Source: a virus
Lineage: Duplodnaviria; Caudoviricetes
IMG/VR virus record: IMGVR_UViG_3300033073_000736
Span: 1 to 64,000 of that record
Length of the DNA: 64,000 nucleotides
Reading direction: 5' to 3' (one strand)
Shown piece after piece: positions 26,085-35,876 of this stretch (its first letter is position 1; each line of letters opens with the position of its first letter). The translations under genes were made by a program, and so were the position numbers. The notes under the pieces are model-generated. The model saw only the letters and a list, made by a program, of their open reading frames with translations, was not told the origin of the DNA and searched no databases.

Positions 26085-26276
26085 ATGAATCTGACAAAAG
26101 CAGAGCGTGAGTTTTTGGCCACTCTGTTGCTACACCGAGCCAATGCGCTTGTCTCTTGCTGTGAACAAATTGGAATGGATTGTAGAGATAAGCACGACAT
26201 TGAATACATGCGATTTCTTGCTTGCAAGTTGTCTGGTAAGCGTAAAATCATTGCATATAAAACCTTGAGGAAGTGA
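26085..26276 (+). CDS. hypothetical protein
   Basis: GAGG SD. Confidence 0.6.
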   Translation: MNLTKAEREFLATLLLHRANALVSCCEQIGMDCRDKHDIEYMRFLACKLSGKRKIIAYKTLRK

Positions 26277-26279
26277 ACA

Positions 26280-26564
26280 ATGAAGAAACTTGAACCAAAG
26301 ACAGGGGAGTGGATTTACCTGAACGAACGCTACGAAGTGTGTAGCAGCAACGGGTGTTGTACGATTGGTGAAATCTATCTTGACCACATGGAAGATGAGT
26401 GGGTGTTTGATATTGAAACACGAGAACGTGTTGGTGGGAGTGTGTATTACACTGGCGAGATGGAAGAGATTAATCGTTTGTTGAATATCTTGAACAAGCG
26501 TGATAAGTTGGGTAAGTACAAACGTGTTGTAGATAAGAAAGAAGGGGAAGAAGGTGATGAGTGA
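26280..26564 (+). CDS. hypothetical protein
   Basis: GAGG SD. Confidence 0.65.
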   Translation: MKKLEPKTGEWIYLNERYEVCSSNGCCTIGEIYLDHMEDEWVFDIETRERVGGSVYYTGEMEEINRLLNILNKRDKLGKYKRVVDKKEGEEGDE

Positions 26565-27120
26565 GTTTAAGATTGGGGACAGGGTGGTTCTGTTGACAGA
26601 TGATTACGTAGGACACGGTGCAAACCAAGGTGCTACTGGAGTTGTGAAAAACTTTTATTCATCCTGCATTGGGGTAGAATTTGATACAAAGGTTAATGGT
26701 CACTCACTAAATGGAGAATTGAGTAATAGGAACGGTTTATATGTTACTATTCATTCTATTGCGCCACTTGAGGATAAAGCCGAAGATAAAATGTCCACTA
26801 TTAAAACCGGAGGCAGTACGCCAAACCAATATCGCCTTTCTGTCAACTTGCCATTAACATCTGACCGGACACAATTTGTTGATGTTGATTTGGAAGCACT
26901 GGATGTAATTGATGCTCTGGATTTGTCAGGGAACCTGAAAGATGTGCAGAAGGCGTTGTTCCGCATGGGGAAGAAAGACGGTGTAAGCGATGCTTACGAC
27001 CTTAACAAATGCCTCTTCTACATCTTGCGTGAGATGAAGAAACGTGACATTATTAGTCATGCGAAGTTTTGGGAAGTTAGTGAGATGTTGGAGAAGATAT
27101 TAAATGGGAGGGGGGAATGA
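26554..27120 (+). CDS. SH3-like domain fused to a DUF3310/T7 gp1.7-like domain
   Basis: FKIGDRV N-terminus; EALDVI...GN..KAL.R.GKK...DL.K...Y. Confidence 0.7.
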   Translation: MMSEFKIGDRVVLLTDDYVGHGANQGATGVVKNFYSSCIGVEFDTKVNGHSLNGELSNRNGLYVTIHSIAPLEDKAEDKMSTIKTGGSTPNQYRLSVNLPLTSDRTQFVDVDLEALDVIDALDLSGNLKDVQKALFRMGKKDGVSDAYDLNKCLFYILREMKKRDIISHAKFWEVSEMLEKILNGRGE

Positions 27121-27284
27121 TGGATTGGTTTATAGGTGTTATTGTTTCGGTGGTAATATTTTGCATGGTGGTGCTTGGTTTCGCTATGGGGAAGGGGAGT
27201 GCTGCCTCTGATTGCCGGGATTTTGGGGCTTTTAAAGTGGGAGATCAACGATATGTTTGTAGTGTAGATGAGAGAGCAAAATGA
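27117..27284 (+). CDS. small membrane protein (55 aa)
   Basis: Read by hand; ATGA overlaps at both ends. Confidence 0.55.
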   Translation: MMDWFIGVIVSVVIFCMVVLGFAMGKGSAASDCRDFGAFKVGDQRYVCSVDERAK

Positions 27285-27559
27285 ATAACCGAACATATCG
27301 TGACTTATGCCCACAAGGGACACCAGAAGCAATTAGACGTAAACACAACATTGGAGACATCTTCCTTAACCAAGTAAAATGCCTTGTCTGCGGAGATGTT
27401 ATTACGTCCAATCATCGACATGATTTTGTTTGGTGTAGTTGTAAAAGTATTGCTGTGGATGGTGGGAGTTGGATGAACAGACGACTATTCAACGATGTCC
27501 ACATGATTGAAGAAATGAGTGTTCCATATGAACAAGACGTTGCAAGCAACATTGAATAA
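27281..27559 (+). CDS. conserved zinc-binding phage protein
   Basis: N..KC..CGD.I.S.HRHDFV.CSC....VDGG. Confidence 0.8.
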   Translation: MNNRTYRDLCPQGTPEAIRRKHNIGDIFLNQVKCLVCGDVITSNHRHDFVWCSCKSIAVDGGSWMNRRLFNDVHMIEEMSVPYEQDVASNIE

Positions 27560-27613
27560 TGTTATGCTTATTGTCTGGCTTGATTAAAACTGAGGAAGTG
27601 AGAGAGACGTAAA

Positions 27614-28261
27614 ATGAAGAAATCTGAATGGGTTGTAGCACTTGTTGAAGACTGTGGATATGACAAGGGTGATAAAATGAAAGTGTTCGGGGATTCATAT
27701 ATTGATAATGACGGGGATGACAGGGACTTGCAGCTGGCGTTGAGGAACAAGTGGGTTGAGTTTACAGACCACAACTACTCTCTCAAGAAGTTTGAGAAAG
27801 ACATTCGTAAGTTCAACGAACGCTGCGGGAATGTTGATTGTACACCTAAAATGTCTCTTGCTGAAACGTGTTCCGTTGTCTTGCCACAAGCTAAAGTGAT
27901 TGTGGAAGAGGCTAAAGAATTGCTGAAAGCCTGTGAAGACCAGAATGAGCAAGAGCTACTGGACGGTGCAGTCGATACGTGTGTCACAGCATTGCGATTG
28001 CTTTCGTTGCTTGGAAAGCGTTATGATTTGATGAGGGCAGCAGAGATGGTGATGGAGAATAATCGTCTGAAATACACAAAAGATGTAATTCTCGCAAATA
28101 ACCGGGCAATGAAGTCAGATGGAAGTTGGCTGGGATTTGATATTATCAGCACAGAACAAAAAGGAATCACCTACTACTGCCTGAAAGACCAGAACGGGAA
28201 GATTCGTAAGTGGGAAGGATTTCCTAAAGTGGAACTGAATGTTGAGGAATTGCGGAAATGA
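27614..28261 (+). CDS. MazG-like / NTP pyrophosphohydrolase family protein
   Basis: IVEEAKEL...ELLDGAVD...V...N..K...GKIRK. Confidence 0.75.
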   Translation: MKKSEWVVALVEDCGYDKGDKMKVFGDSYIDNDGDDRDLQLALRNKWVEFTDHNYSLKKFEKDIRKFNERCGNVDCTPKMSLAETCSVVLPQAKVIVEEAKELLKACEDQNEQELLDGAVDTCVTALRLLSLLGKRYDLMRAAEMVMENNRLKYTKDVILANNRAMKSDGSWLGFDIISTEQKGITYYCLKDQNGKIRKWEGFPKVELNVEELRK

Positions 28262-28470
28262 CACAACAGAAAACCGAAATTGATAGTGAACTTGTTGGAC
28301 ATCTGTACGCAGCAGCTTGTCAACTTTGCTCAACAGCAAAGATTGTGGAAGATGTCTGGTTTAAGGAATCTGCTTCATGTATGAAGCAGAGTATTGTAGA
28401 AATGCGTGAAGTGTTAGACCAGTTTTCGATGGTTTTGTATAATCTAGAAAAACAAACGAATGAACATTGA
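28258..28470 (+). CDS. hypothetical protein
   Basis: ATGA overlap. Confidence 0.55.
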   Translation: MTQQKTEIDSELVGHLYAAACQLCSTAKIVEDVWFKESASCMKQSIVEMREVLDQFSMVLYNLEKQTNEH

Positions 28471-28666
28471 AATCGGACAACCTATCATCTGGATGGGAAA
28501 TAATTGTGTTGTTGAATCCATCATCCCACATGAAGATGGAAGAACAGAGGTTGGTATTGCCCTGAATGGCAGAGTGTACTATGATTGGTTGAGTGAAATA
28601 ACTATTGCAGAGGAAGAAGAAAATGCCCGAGACAAAGCGAATTATTGTGAAGATCACTGTACCTGA
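28460..28666 (+). CDS. hypothetical protein
   Basis: ORF track. Confidence 0.5.
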   Translation: MNIEIGQPIIWMGNNCVVESIIPHEDGRTEVGIALNGRVYYDWLSEITIAEEEENARDKANYCEDHCT

Positions 28667-28901
28667 ACACAGTGATTGGAGCATGGAAGAAGTGGCTGAA
28701 GATGTGGAAACGGCTATTATGGAAGTGATTGACTACTATGATGTACTGGCAGAGATTCAGTGATGGAGTTTCAATAGGTGGGTAAAACATATCGTGCCTC
28801 TGATTGTGATAGCGAAATGCTGAATGAGAAAGAAGCAAAGCAACAAGCCAAACAACGTAAACGTGCTGTGAAAGAGCAGCGTGACAAACGGAAACAGAAG
28901 T

Positions 28902-29318
28902 ATGAACAGTCAGACAACGACGAATGACAACGACATTCTGCTAGACATCCCTGAACACATCTGGCAACAATGTAAAGCGTATAAGGACTGTCCTGACGGC
29001 TGGCAATCTACGGTAAGAAAAGTGGAAGCTGTCCTGTTGGCCGAAGGGGCGGACATCCGGCAGATGAAAGAGAAGTTTGGTGGGTTGCGTGTCTATTGGG
29101 ACTGGCCCGAAGAATGGAATGATTTGGAAGAAAGCACGTTCCACGACAAATGCGAACAGATTGAATGTCTGATTGATATTGCTGATTGGGTTTGTCAACG
29201 AACGTGTATGAAATGCGGTGAAGAAGGGGAAGTGAGGAAGAGTGGTTGGATTGCTGTTTTTTGTGACAAACACTATACTGAGTGGACAGAACGGGTTTAC
29301 GGGAAGAAAGGACAATGA
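28902..29318 (+). CDS. conserved phage protein (GW...Q.KEKFGGLR.Y...C..CG)
   Basis: Recalled recurring phage motif. Confidence 0.8.
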   Translation: MNSQTTTNDNDILLDIPEHIWQQCKAYKDCPDGWQSTVRKVEAVLLAEGADIRQMKEKFGGLRVYWDWPEEWNDLEESTFHDKCEQIECLIDIADWVCQRTCMKCGEEGEVRKSGWIAVFCDKHYTEWTERVYGKKGQ

Positions 29319-30349
29319 TTAAAGTAAAAGGTAAGGGTGGAATTACAGCAAAGATTGTTGCTGACAGTGTATCATCTGTTTCTGGGGATCGTATTACAAC
29401 GTTTGAACTTGAATATCATCGGTATGTCCATAGCGAATTGATGACGCATCGAATGTTCAGCCGTAATGCTGCGAGTAGTCGAGCCATTCCCGTAAAGAAT
29501 ATGCTTGAACTGGTTCGCAATTCTCCAGCAATGCCTATTCATTGGGGAAAAAATCAAGCGGGAATGCAGGCTAAGGAAGAGTGTGACAATGGCGTATGGA
29601 AATACCTTATTGTCGATCACTTTATGTATCCGAGAGAAGATGCTTGGATAATGGCCGCTGGTGGTTCTGTGCGAAATGCGGAAGAGTTTAATAATGCAGG
29701 TTATCACAAGCAGATTGTCAATCGCCTTGTTGAACCATTCCAGATGATTAAAGTGGTGGTGACAGCAACATCCTTTGATAATTTCTTCTGGCTTCGTTTC
29801 CATGAAGATGCTCAACCAGAGCTTGCTGAGTTGGCACGTTGTATGCTGGTGGCTTATAAGCGAAGTAAGCCGCAAGAGTTGAATCCGGGTGACTGGCATC
29901 TCCCTTATTATGGAAATGGTTATTGGAAGAAAAGTCACCCCTTGAGTGATACTGACAGTCAGGCACAATTTGTAGAGGATGCCTTGAAAATTAGTGCCTC
30001 TTGTTGCGCCCAAGTGTCGTACCGTAAAAATAATGATAGTTTGGAAAAGGCTGAATCTGTGTGGGAACGCCTTGTTGCAAGTCAACCTGTACACGCCAGC
30101 CCAACAGAGCATCAGGCAACACCTATGAAGGATGCGGAGTGGGAATACAATTATTCTGGTTGCGATATGACTGACACACCTAAAGGGTACACGCACGTAG
30201 ATAAAGACAACAAATTCTGGTCAAACAACTTCAAAGGTTGGATTCAACATCGTGCATTGATTGCAAATAACGTTTGCAACAGTTATGATTATTCACAGGA
30301 CGTTGATGAGAATGGATTGGAAATTACAGATGAGGAAGAAAGTGTATGA
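29315..30349 (+). CDS. thyX: FAD-dependent thymidylate synthase
   Basis: HSELMTHRMFSRNAASSRAIP motif; H.SP.EH. Confidence 0.9.
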   Translation: MIKVKGKGGITAKIVADSVSSVSGDRITTFELEYHRYVHSELMTHRMFSRNAASSRAIPVKNMLELVRNSPAMPIHWGKNQAGMQAKEECDNGVWKYLIVDHFMYPREDAWIMAAGGSVRNAEEFNNAGYHKQIVNRLVEPFQMIKVVVTATSFDNFFWLRFHEDAQPELAELARCMLVAYKRSKPQELNPGDWHLPYYGNGYWKKSHPLSDTDSQAQFVEDALKISASCCAQVSYRKNNDSLEKAESVWERLVASQPVHASPTEHQATPMKDAEWEYNYSGCDMTDTPKGYTHVDKDNKFWSNNFKGWIQHRALIANNVCNSYDYSQDVDENGLEITDEEESV

Positions 30350-30711
30350 CACAACTTGTAAGCTATAAAAACATCAGCATGTCTGACTTAATCCGGTGTC
30401 CCGGTTTTGATGGAACAGAGGAAAAGATTAAGGAATTGCTGTTTCAACTTGGTGTAGACACACAATTCCCCGTAGATTGTGAAGTGGTTACTCATCGCAA
30501 CATGCAGAACCAAGTGGTAACTTGTGAATACTATATGGGGCGGGAACGTACTGATAAAGCGTATATTCGTTCAGGACATGCCAGTATTGAAGCCCTTTAT
30601 GCCAGTAAGCCAGATATTGCACAGGACTTGATTAAGATGAGTCGGCAAGGTATTGGTGAACGTGTGTTCAAGAAGAATGAAAGCAATAAGAAAAGTGGTG
30701 ATGAGGAATGA
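30346..30711 (+). CDS. hypothetical protein
   Basis: 121-aa ORF coupled to thyX and nrdA. Confidence 0.75.
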   Translation: MTQLVSYKNISMSDLIRCPGFDGTEEKIKELLFQLGVDTQFPVDCEVVTHRNMQNQVVTCEYYMGRERTDKAYIRSGHASIEALYASKPDIAQDLIKMSRQGIGERVFKKNESNKKSGDEE

Positions 30712-31607
30712 CTGAGAAGATTGAGGAACGGAACGGAATCATTATTGATTATAGTCGTGACAAGTTGTTGCCTGAGAAGGGATTGGCAATGCTTACAGCC
30801 AAGGGGTTTTACAAGAAGGACAATGAAGATTCCCCCCAACAATCTTTTGCACGAGCAGCAACGTGCTATTGTTTTGGGGATTATGAGTTTGCTCAACGTA
30901 TCTATGATGCCGCAAGCAAGCACTGGTTCACGTTTGCATCTCCTGTTCTCAGCAATGCTGTAGATGTAGAGTGGCCTACATTTACTGAAGATGAATGGCT
31001 GGATGCAGCAAGTTGGCTACAACGGAATGTCGAGCCTGACGGTATGCCCATTTCTTGCTTCCTTGTGAAGATTCCTGACAACAAGAAGGGAATTGTCGAA
31101 GCACGAACTGAAACTGCTTGGTTGTCGATGATGGGCGGCGGGGTGGGTGTCTATGCCGCCAATCGCTCACCGGATGAGAAGAGTACGGGCGTGATGTCAC
31201 ATCTTCGTGGATATGATGCTGACACTCTCTCTTATCGTCAGACTGCCAGTCGTCGAGGAAGTATTGCAGCCTATGCAGATATTACGCACCCTGAGATTCA
31301 ATCGTTTATTCAGATGCGTAATCCCGTAGGCGGGGATGTAAACAAGAAGTGCTTCAATCTGAACAATGCTGTCAATCTCCCAGATAGCTTCATGGAAGCA
31401 GTTATCAATGAACAAGATTACGAACTGGTTGATCCTAAGCATGGGCCGACAGGACGTAAACTGAACGCATCCAAGATGTTTGAAGAAGTGCTGGAAATGC
31501 GCTTTGAAACAGGTGAACCGTATCTGCATTTTGTAGATACAAGTAATCGCTGCAAGCCGAAGCAGATTACCAATCCGTTGTACAAGGTGGAGCAAAGCAA
31601 CTTGTGT
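30708..31607 (+). CDS. nrdA: class Ia ribonucleotide reductase alpha subunit, exon 1
   Basis: SPVLSN, ISCF, GGGVG, R.ETGEPY; ends SNLC at the thiyl cysteine. Confidence 0.93.
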
Positions 31608-32452
31608 TAATTTCTAGCACCCTGATACAGTAATGTATCTTGAAAACTTTCCTAAAAACGGTGAAACTCTCTAGTAGACAATACCGTGCTATCTCGATAT
31701 GAGGTGTGTAACGACTATGGACAAGAAACAACTTTACAAACTTATCTCAGCTTTTTCTATGGCAGACGGGGGTCTTTACCGTAGAAAAGAAAATCATAAC
31801 GCTTATTTTGCAATGAATATGCTGACTTGCCACAATGATTACATTGATTGGGTAAAAAGCGTGTTTGAGAACTTAGTGCATGTCAACAAAACAAAAGTTC
31901 AAAACCCTTGCAAAAGGCCACAGACCAACATAAACACAAAGACGCATCCAGCACTTACAAGCATCCACGGAAGGATTTATCGGGATGGATATAAAGGGCT
32001 TGATGAACACTGGATACACTGCATTGATTGGGAAATATTGGCAATATTTTACATGGCGGACGGGTGTCTGGCAGTTGAACAGCCCAATACTAAAAAGGGA
32101 CTAATCAACCCATCTCCGAGCGTGTCATTAAATATGAAACGACTTAGTTACGGGGATACATGGTTTCTCAAAAAGTGTATTAAAGACAATCTGGATGTGG
32201 AATTTAATATTGGAACTCAGAATTACAAAGGCAAGACATATTACTTTCTTCGCTTGCGTAATAAAGATATAGATAAGTTTATGGAAGGGATCAGACCCCA
32301 CGTTGTTCCTTCCTTCCGGCATAAGTTGTATGATTCCGAACGGAAAGCCCCGGTGGCTGAAAGACCGGGTGATGATATAGTCTGAACTGCATAGCGATAT
32401 GCAGAGGTGGGAGGAAACTGCCCACCCCCGTTTTTACGGAGTAACAAAATTG
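31608..32452 (+). mobile_element. group I intron (phage IA-type) in nrdA
   Basis: Exon ends in U (TGT) and intron ends in G; core AACGGTGAAA...AATACCGTG, P7 ACGACT / GATATAGTC; splicing restores SNLC|SEI. Confidence 0.92.
31717..32385 (+). CDS. intron-encoded double-motif LAGLIDADG endonuclease (I-SceI-like)
   Basis: SAFSMADG and LAIFYMADG motifs. Confidence 0.85.
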   Translation: MDKKQLYKLISAFSMADGGLYRRKENHNAYFAMNMLTCHNDYIDWVKSVFENLVHVNKTKVQNPCKRPQTNINTKTHPALTSIHGRIYRDGYKGLDEHWIHCIDWEILAIFYMADGCLAVEQPNTKKGLINPSPSVSLNMKRLSYGDTWFLKKCIKDNLDVEFNIGTQNYKGKTYYFLRLRNKDIDKFMEGIRPHVVPSFRHKLYDSERKAPVAERPGDDIV

Positions 32453-33403
32453 AGTGAAATAACACTGATGACTTCCGACAAGCGCACAGCCGTTTGTTGC
32501 TTGTCCTCTCTCAATCTTGAGAAGTATGATGAGTGGAAAGACAGCGGATTGGTGAAAGACCTTGTACGATTGCTTGATAACGTACTGGAATACTTCATCC
32601 GTCTTGCACCGCCTGTTTTGAGTAAGGCTGTTTACTCAGCAAGTATGGAACGTAGCATTGGGATTGGAACGCTTGGTTGGCACAGTTACTTGCAAAAGAA
32701 CATGATTCCTTTTGAAAGTGGTGGATTTGGTAGTGCTGCACAACACACAAATATCTTGTATTCCAAGATTAAGAGTGAGGCAGAAGAAGCCGGTAAGGAA
32801 CTTGCTGTAACTCGTGGCGAGGCTCCAGATTGTGCAGGTAGTGGGTATCGCAATGCTCATTTGCTGGCTATTGCTCCGAACGCATCTTCAGCAGATATTA
32901 TCGGTGTTTCACCAAGCATCGAGCCTTGGGCAGGGAACGCTTTCAATAATCAAGGACGGGCAGGAAGTTTTCTAATCAGGAATAAGTACCTTGAAAAAGA
33001 ACTTGACAAGGTAGGGCTTAATACCAAGGAAACATGGGATAGCATTATTGCTAATGATGGAAGTTGTCAGCATATTGATGAGTTGAGCGAAGATGTTAAG
33101 AAAGTGTTCAAGACAGCACGAGAGATTAATCCTATGTGGATTATTGAACTTGCATCCATCCGCCAACAATACATCTGCCAGAGCCAAAGCGTGAATATCT
33201 TTGTCCCTGAAGATATTACAATGCAAGAGATGGCTGACATCCATATTGCAGCTTGGAAGAAGGGGTTGAAGTCGCTGTACTACTGTCGTGCCAAGGCTGC
33301 CGGAAAGGTGAACATTGGTACAGGTGGGGAAACGCCGCTAAACAGCATTCCAGTCCGTCAGAAGATTGAATGGGCTGGTGAGTGTTTGTCTTGTCAGGGT
33401 TAA
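32453..33403 (+). CDS. nrdA: ribonucleotide reductase alpha subunit, exon 2
   Basis: SEI...AVCCLSS, AIAPNASS, KSLYY, C-terminal CLSCQG. Confidence 0.93.
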   Translation, partial: SEITLMTSDKRTAVCCLSSLNLEKYDEWKDSGLVKDLVRLLDNVLEYFIRLAPPVLSKAVYSASMERSIGIGTLGWHSYLQKNMIPFESGGFGSAAQHTNILYSKIKSEAEEAGKELAVTRGEAPDCAGSGYRNAHLLAIAPNASSADIIGVSPSIEPWAGNAFNNQGRAGSFLIRNKYLEKELDKVGLNTKETWDSIIANDGSCQHIDELSEDVKKVFKTAREINPMWIIELASIRQQYICQSQSVNIFVPEDITMQEMADIHIAAWKKGLKSLYYCRAKAAGKVNIGTGGETPLNSIPVRQKIEWAGECLSCQG

Positions 33404-33421
33404 ACAAAAAGGAGAATGTAA

Positions 33422-34414
33422 TTGTCAGTATTTAAGGAAAGTACGTCCTACCGCCCATTTGTCTATCCTTGGGCTGTAGAGATGTCAAAGAAACATGCAA
33501 TTGAAATGTTCTGGGATGTCCACCAAATTGAGTTGCAGGATGACTTGCGGCAATACAATAGCAAGGATGGGCTGAAGACAAAAGATGTATCCCACGAAAC
33601 CAATAAGTACATCATTGACCAACTTCTGTGCGTCTTCACAGAGATGGACAAGACCGTTGCCGGTGGATATACACAGTTGTTGCCGTATGTCAAGAACAAT
33701 GAGGCCCGAACATGGTTTCTCACAGTTGCTCAAAGAGAGACAGTACATCAACGCGGATATGCTATCCTTGCTGAAACATTTGGCTTTACGGATAAGGATT
33801 GGTCAAGGTTTAGCGAGTACGCAGAAATGCGCGATAAACTGGAAGCGATGACAGCCTCTCAATTGAAAGGACGAGACGAGTACAAGGCTGCTGTCATCCT
33901 ATCCACTATCTTACTTGGTGAGGGGATTGGATTGTTCGGGGCATTTGCTGTACTGCTTAATTTCAAGCGGCAAGGGAAGCTGATGGGTTTTAATGATGTA
34001 AATCAGTGGAGCCTCCTCGACGAACAAGAACATGTTACAGGTAATATCAAGTTCTTGAACGAAATGCGTAAAGACTTGACTGAAGCTGAAAACTGGTCAC
34101 TTGATTGTCTAATCAAGGATGTTATAAAGAAGTATGAAGATGCTGAACACCGTTTCCTAGACTTGGTGTATGCTATTGGAAGTCAGCAAGACTTGGATAT
34201 TGAAGATGTAAAGAAGTATATCACTTACCTTGGCAAACTTCGTCTTTTCCAACTCGGACTCCTCTCTCTTGAGGAAGTGCCTAACAATCCTCTTGATTGG
34301 ATGGACTGGATGTTGACAGCCTCCAGACATGATGCTTTCTTTGAGAAACGTGTTACTGACTATTCTCATCGTAAGCTTGAGGGAAAGGTGGATTACGCCA
34401 AGTATAGGCAATAA
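33422..34414 (+). CDS. nrdB: class Ia ribonucleotide reductase beta subunit
   Basis: Diiron ligands FTEMD, ETVH...Y, GEG and DEQEH; TTG start 7 nt from GGAG. Confidence 0.93.
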   Translation: MSVFKESTSYRPFVYPWAVEMSKKHAIEMFWDVHQIELQDDLRQYNSKDGLKTKDVSHETNKYIIDQLLCVFTEMDKTVAGGYTQLLPYVKNNEARTWFLTVAQRETVHQRGYAILAETFGFTDKDWSRFSEYAEMRDKLEAMTASQLKGRDEYKAAVILSTILLGEGIGLFGAFAVLLNFKRQGKLMGFNDVNQWSLLDEQEHVTGNIKFLNEMRKDLTEAENWSLDCLIKDVIKKYEDAEHRFLDLVYAIGSQQDLDIEDVKKYITYLGKLRLFQLGLLSLEEVPNNPLDWMDWMLTASRHDAFFEKRVTDYSHRKLEGKVDYAKYRQ

Positions 34415-34431
34415 TCTTCAACAAATAATTG

Positions 34432-34460
34432 TTGACATGCACAAGGAAGTGCATTAACAT
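34432..34460 (+). promoter_or_regulatory. sigma70-type promoter TTGACA-N17-TAACAT with an ATGCAC-AAGGAA-GTGCAT palindrome in the spacer
   Basis: Motif match. Confidence 0.7.
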
Positions 34461-34498
34461 TCAATTCAACAAGACAACTTACAGTGTGGAGAACGAAG

Positions 34499-35044
34499 AT
34501 GAGCAAGTTTAAGGTTGGTGATAAGGTGAGGCGGGTTGTTAAAGATTATGACTCGCAAATGAAGGTTGGACATGAAGGGGTGGTTACTGGCGTATCAAAT
34601 AATGGTCGCTGGATGAGCGTAGATTATTTTGCTACCGAAATTGACCCTTTTCCACTGAACGTTGATACTTTTGAACTTATTGAGGAACCTAAAATGACTC
34701 AGCAATTCAAAGCAATAAAAATCCGTATCAAAGATGAACAGCATTCTCGCCTTGTGCAAGAAACGTTGTTTGAGATGGGGTATGGTTGGCCTAATAAACA
34801 AGTAGGCTATACTTCTTCTCCTTGGTTGACGACTTATGAGGATGGTCGTCTCTATTATGGAGAAGAGATGATTACCTTTGATTCCCATGAAAATGAAGAG
34901 GTGGAAATTGTCACCACCTATTCTTTCAAGCCTGTTGACCAAGAAGTTTTACGTAAACGTAAAGAAAAGGAAGCCTTGGAGAAAAACGTTGCTGAAATGC
35001 AAAAGCAACTTGACGAAATTAAGCAGAAACTGGAGAATATGTGA
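34499..35044 (+). CDS. hypothetical protein (FKVGDKV SH3-like, coiled-coil C-terminus)
   Basis: GGAG SD before ATG 34499. Confidence 0.75.
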   Translation: MSKFKVGDKVRRVVKDYDSQMKVGHEGVVTGVSNNGRWMSVDYFATEIDPFPLNVDTFELIEEPKMTQQFKAIKIRIKDEQHSRLVQETLFEMGYGWPNKQVGYTSSPWLTTYEDGRLYYGEEMITFDSHENEEVEIVTTYSFKPVDQEVLRKRKEKEALEKNVAEMQKQLDEIKQKLENM

Positions 35045-35176
35045 TGAATATTTTTCTTCCGCTGATGAGTGGAGTGATTGCAGGGGCTACACTTAGTACG
35101 CTTAATGTGTATCCCAATAGTTGGCAATGGTGGGTACTATCACTGCTGCCTAATGTTTTCGGTATAGCATGTTATT

Positions 35177-35470
35177 ATGACCAAACAAGAAATAATTGAC
35201 TACCTTGTTAGCCACGGATGGCAACTGTCTCAGACAGGGAATCCTTATGTCTATTTACAAGGGAAGACACGTTATGGCTTTCCAACACTGGATAAATACA
35301 CAGTGACGTTCAATCGTGCTGCTGTGGAAGTGAGGAAAGAAGATACCTCTATTGAGGCTACAAACACCAATTGGGCTATTCGCAATCCAGTGGTTGCAAA
35401 GAGCAAGTTGTTGGGTGTACAATTGCGGGAAGATGGGACAATTTGTATTGACGGGATTGTTATTAAATAA
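35177..35470 (+). CDS. hypothetical protein
   Basis: ORF track. Confidence 0.55.
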   Translation: MTKQEIIDYLVSHGWQLSQTGNPYVYLQGKTRYGFPTLDKYTVTFNRAAVEVRKEDTSIEATNTNWAIRNPVVAKSKLLGVQLREDGTICIDGIVIK

Positions 35471-35485
35471 CAGAGGAAAACTGAA

Positions 35486-35689
35486 ATGGTAGATATTATT
35501 TTCTTGACGGGATGCAGTATTGTTTGCTACATTGTGGGATATGCTCTTGTAACGCATTGCAAGAACAAGTGGGTTGCCTTTTGCTGTGCTATTCTGTTCG
35601 GCACAGTATTTGGTGTGGCGGCGGGTGAGATTGTCTATAACAAGCCAATCGAGCAAGCTGAAAATGAAGTGAACAGTGGAGAATACTAG
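35486..35689 (+). CDS. small membrane protein
   Basis: GAGG SD; 2 TM. Confidence 0.6.
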   Translation: MVDIIFLTGCSIVCYIVGYALVTHCKNKWVAFCCAILFGTVFGVAAGEIVYNKPIEQAENEVNSGEY

Positions 35690-35876
35690 GAAAGAAGAAA
35701 ATGATTTCTGTAGAAGTGGTGAAGAATGCCGTAAGTCTTGGAGCAACACTTGTTATGCTTGGTCTGATGATTTGGTTCTTCTTCAATGACAACAACACAC
35801 CGAAGAACCCGTAATGTCCGTGACACAATAAGAGGCGTCCATGCCCCGAATAAAGCTATAGCCAAATAATGCAATG

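Noticed and set aside
33416-33424. ATG-TAA mini-ORF immediately before the TTG start of nrdB
   Set aside because: The ATG is only 1 nt from the GGAG SD whereas the TTG is at an optimal 7 nt; probably incidental.
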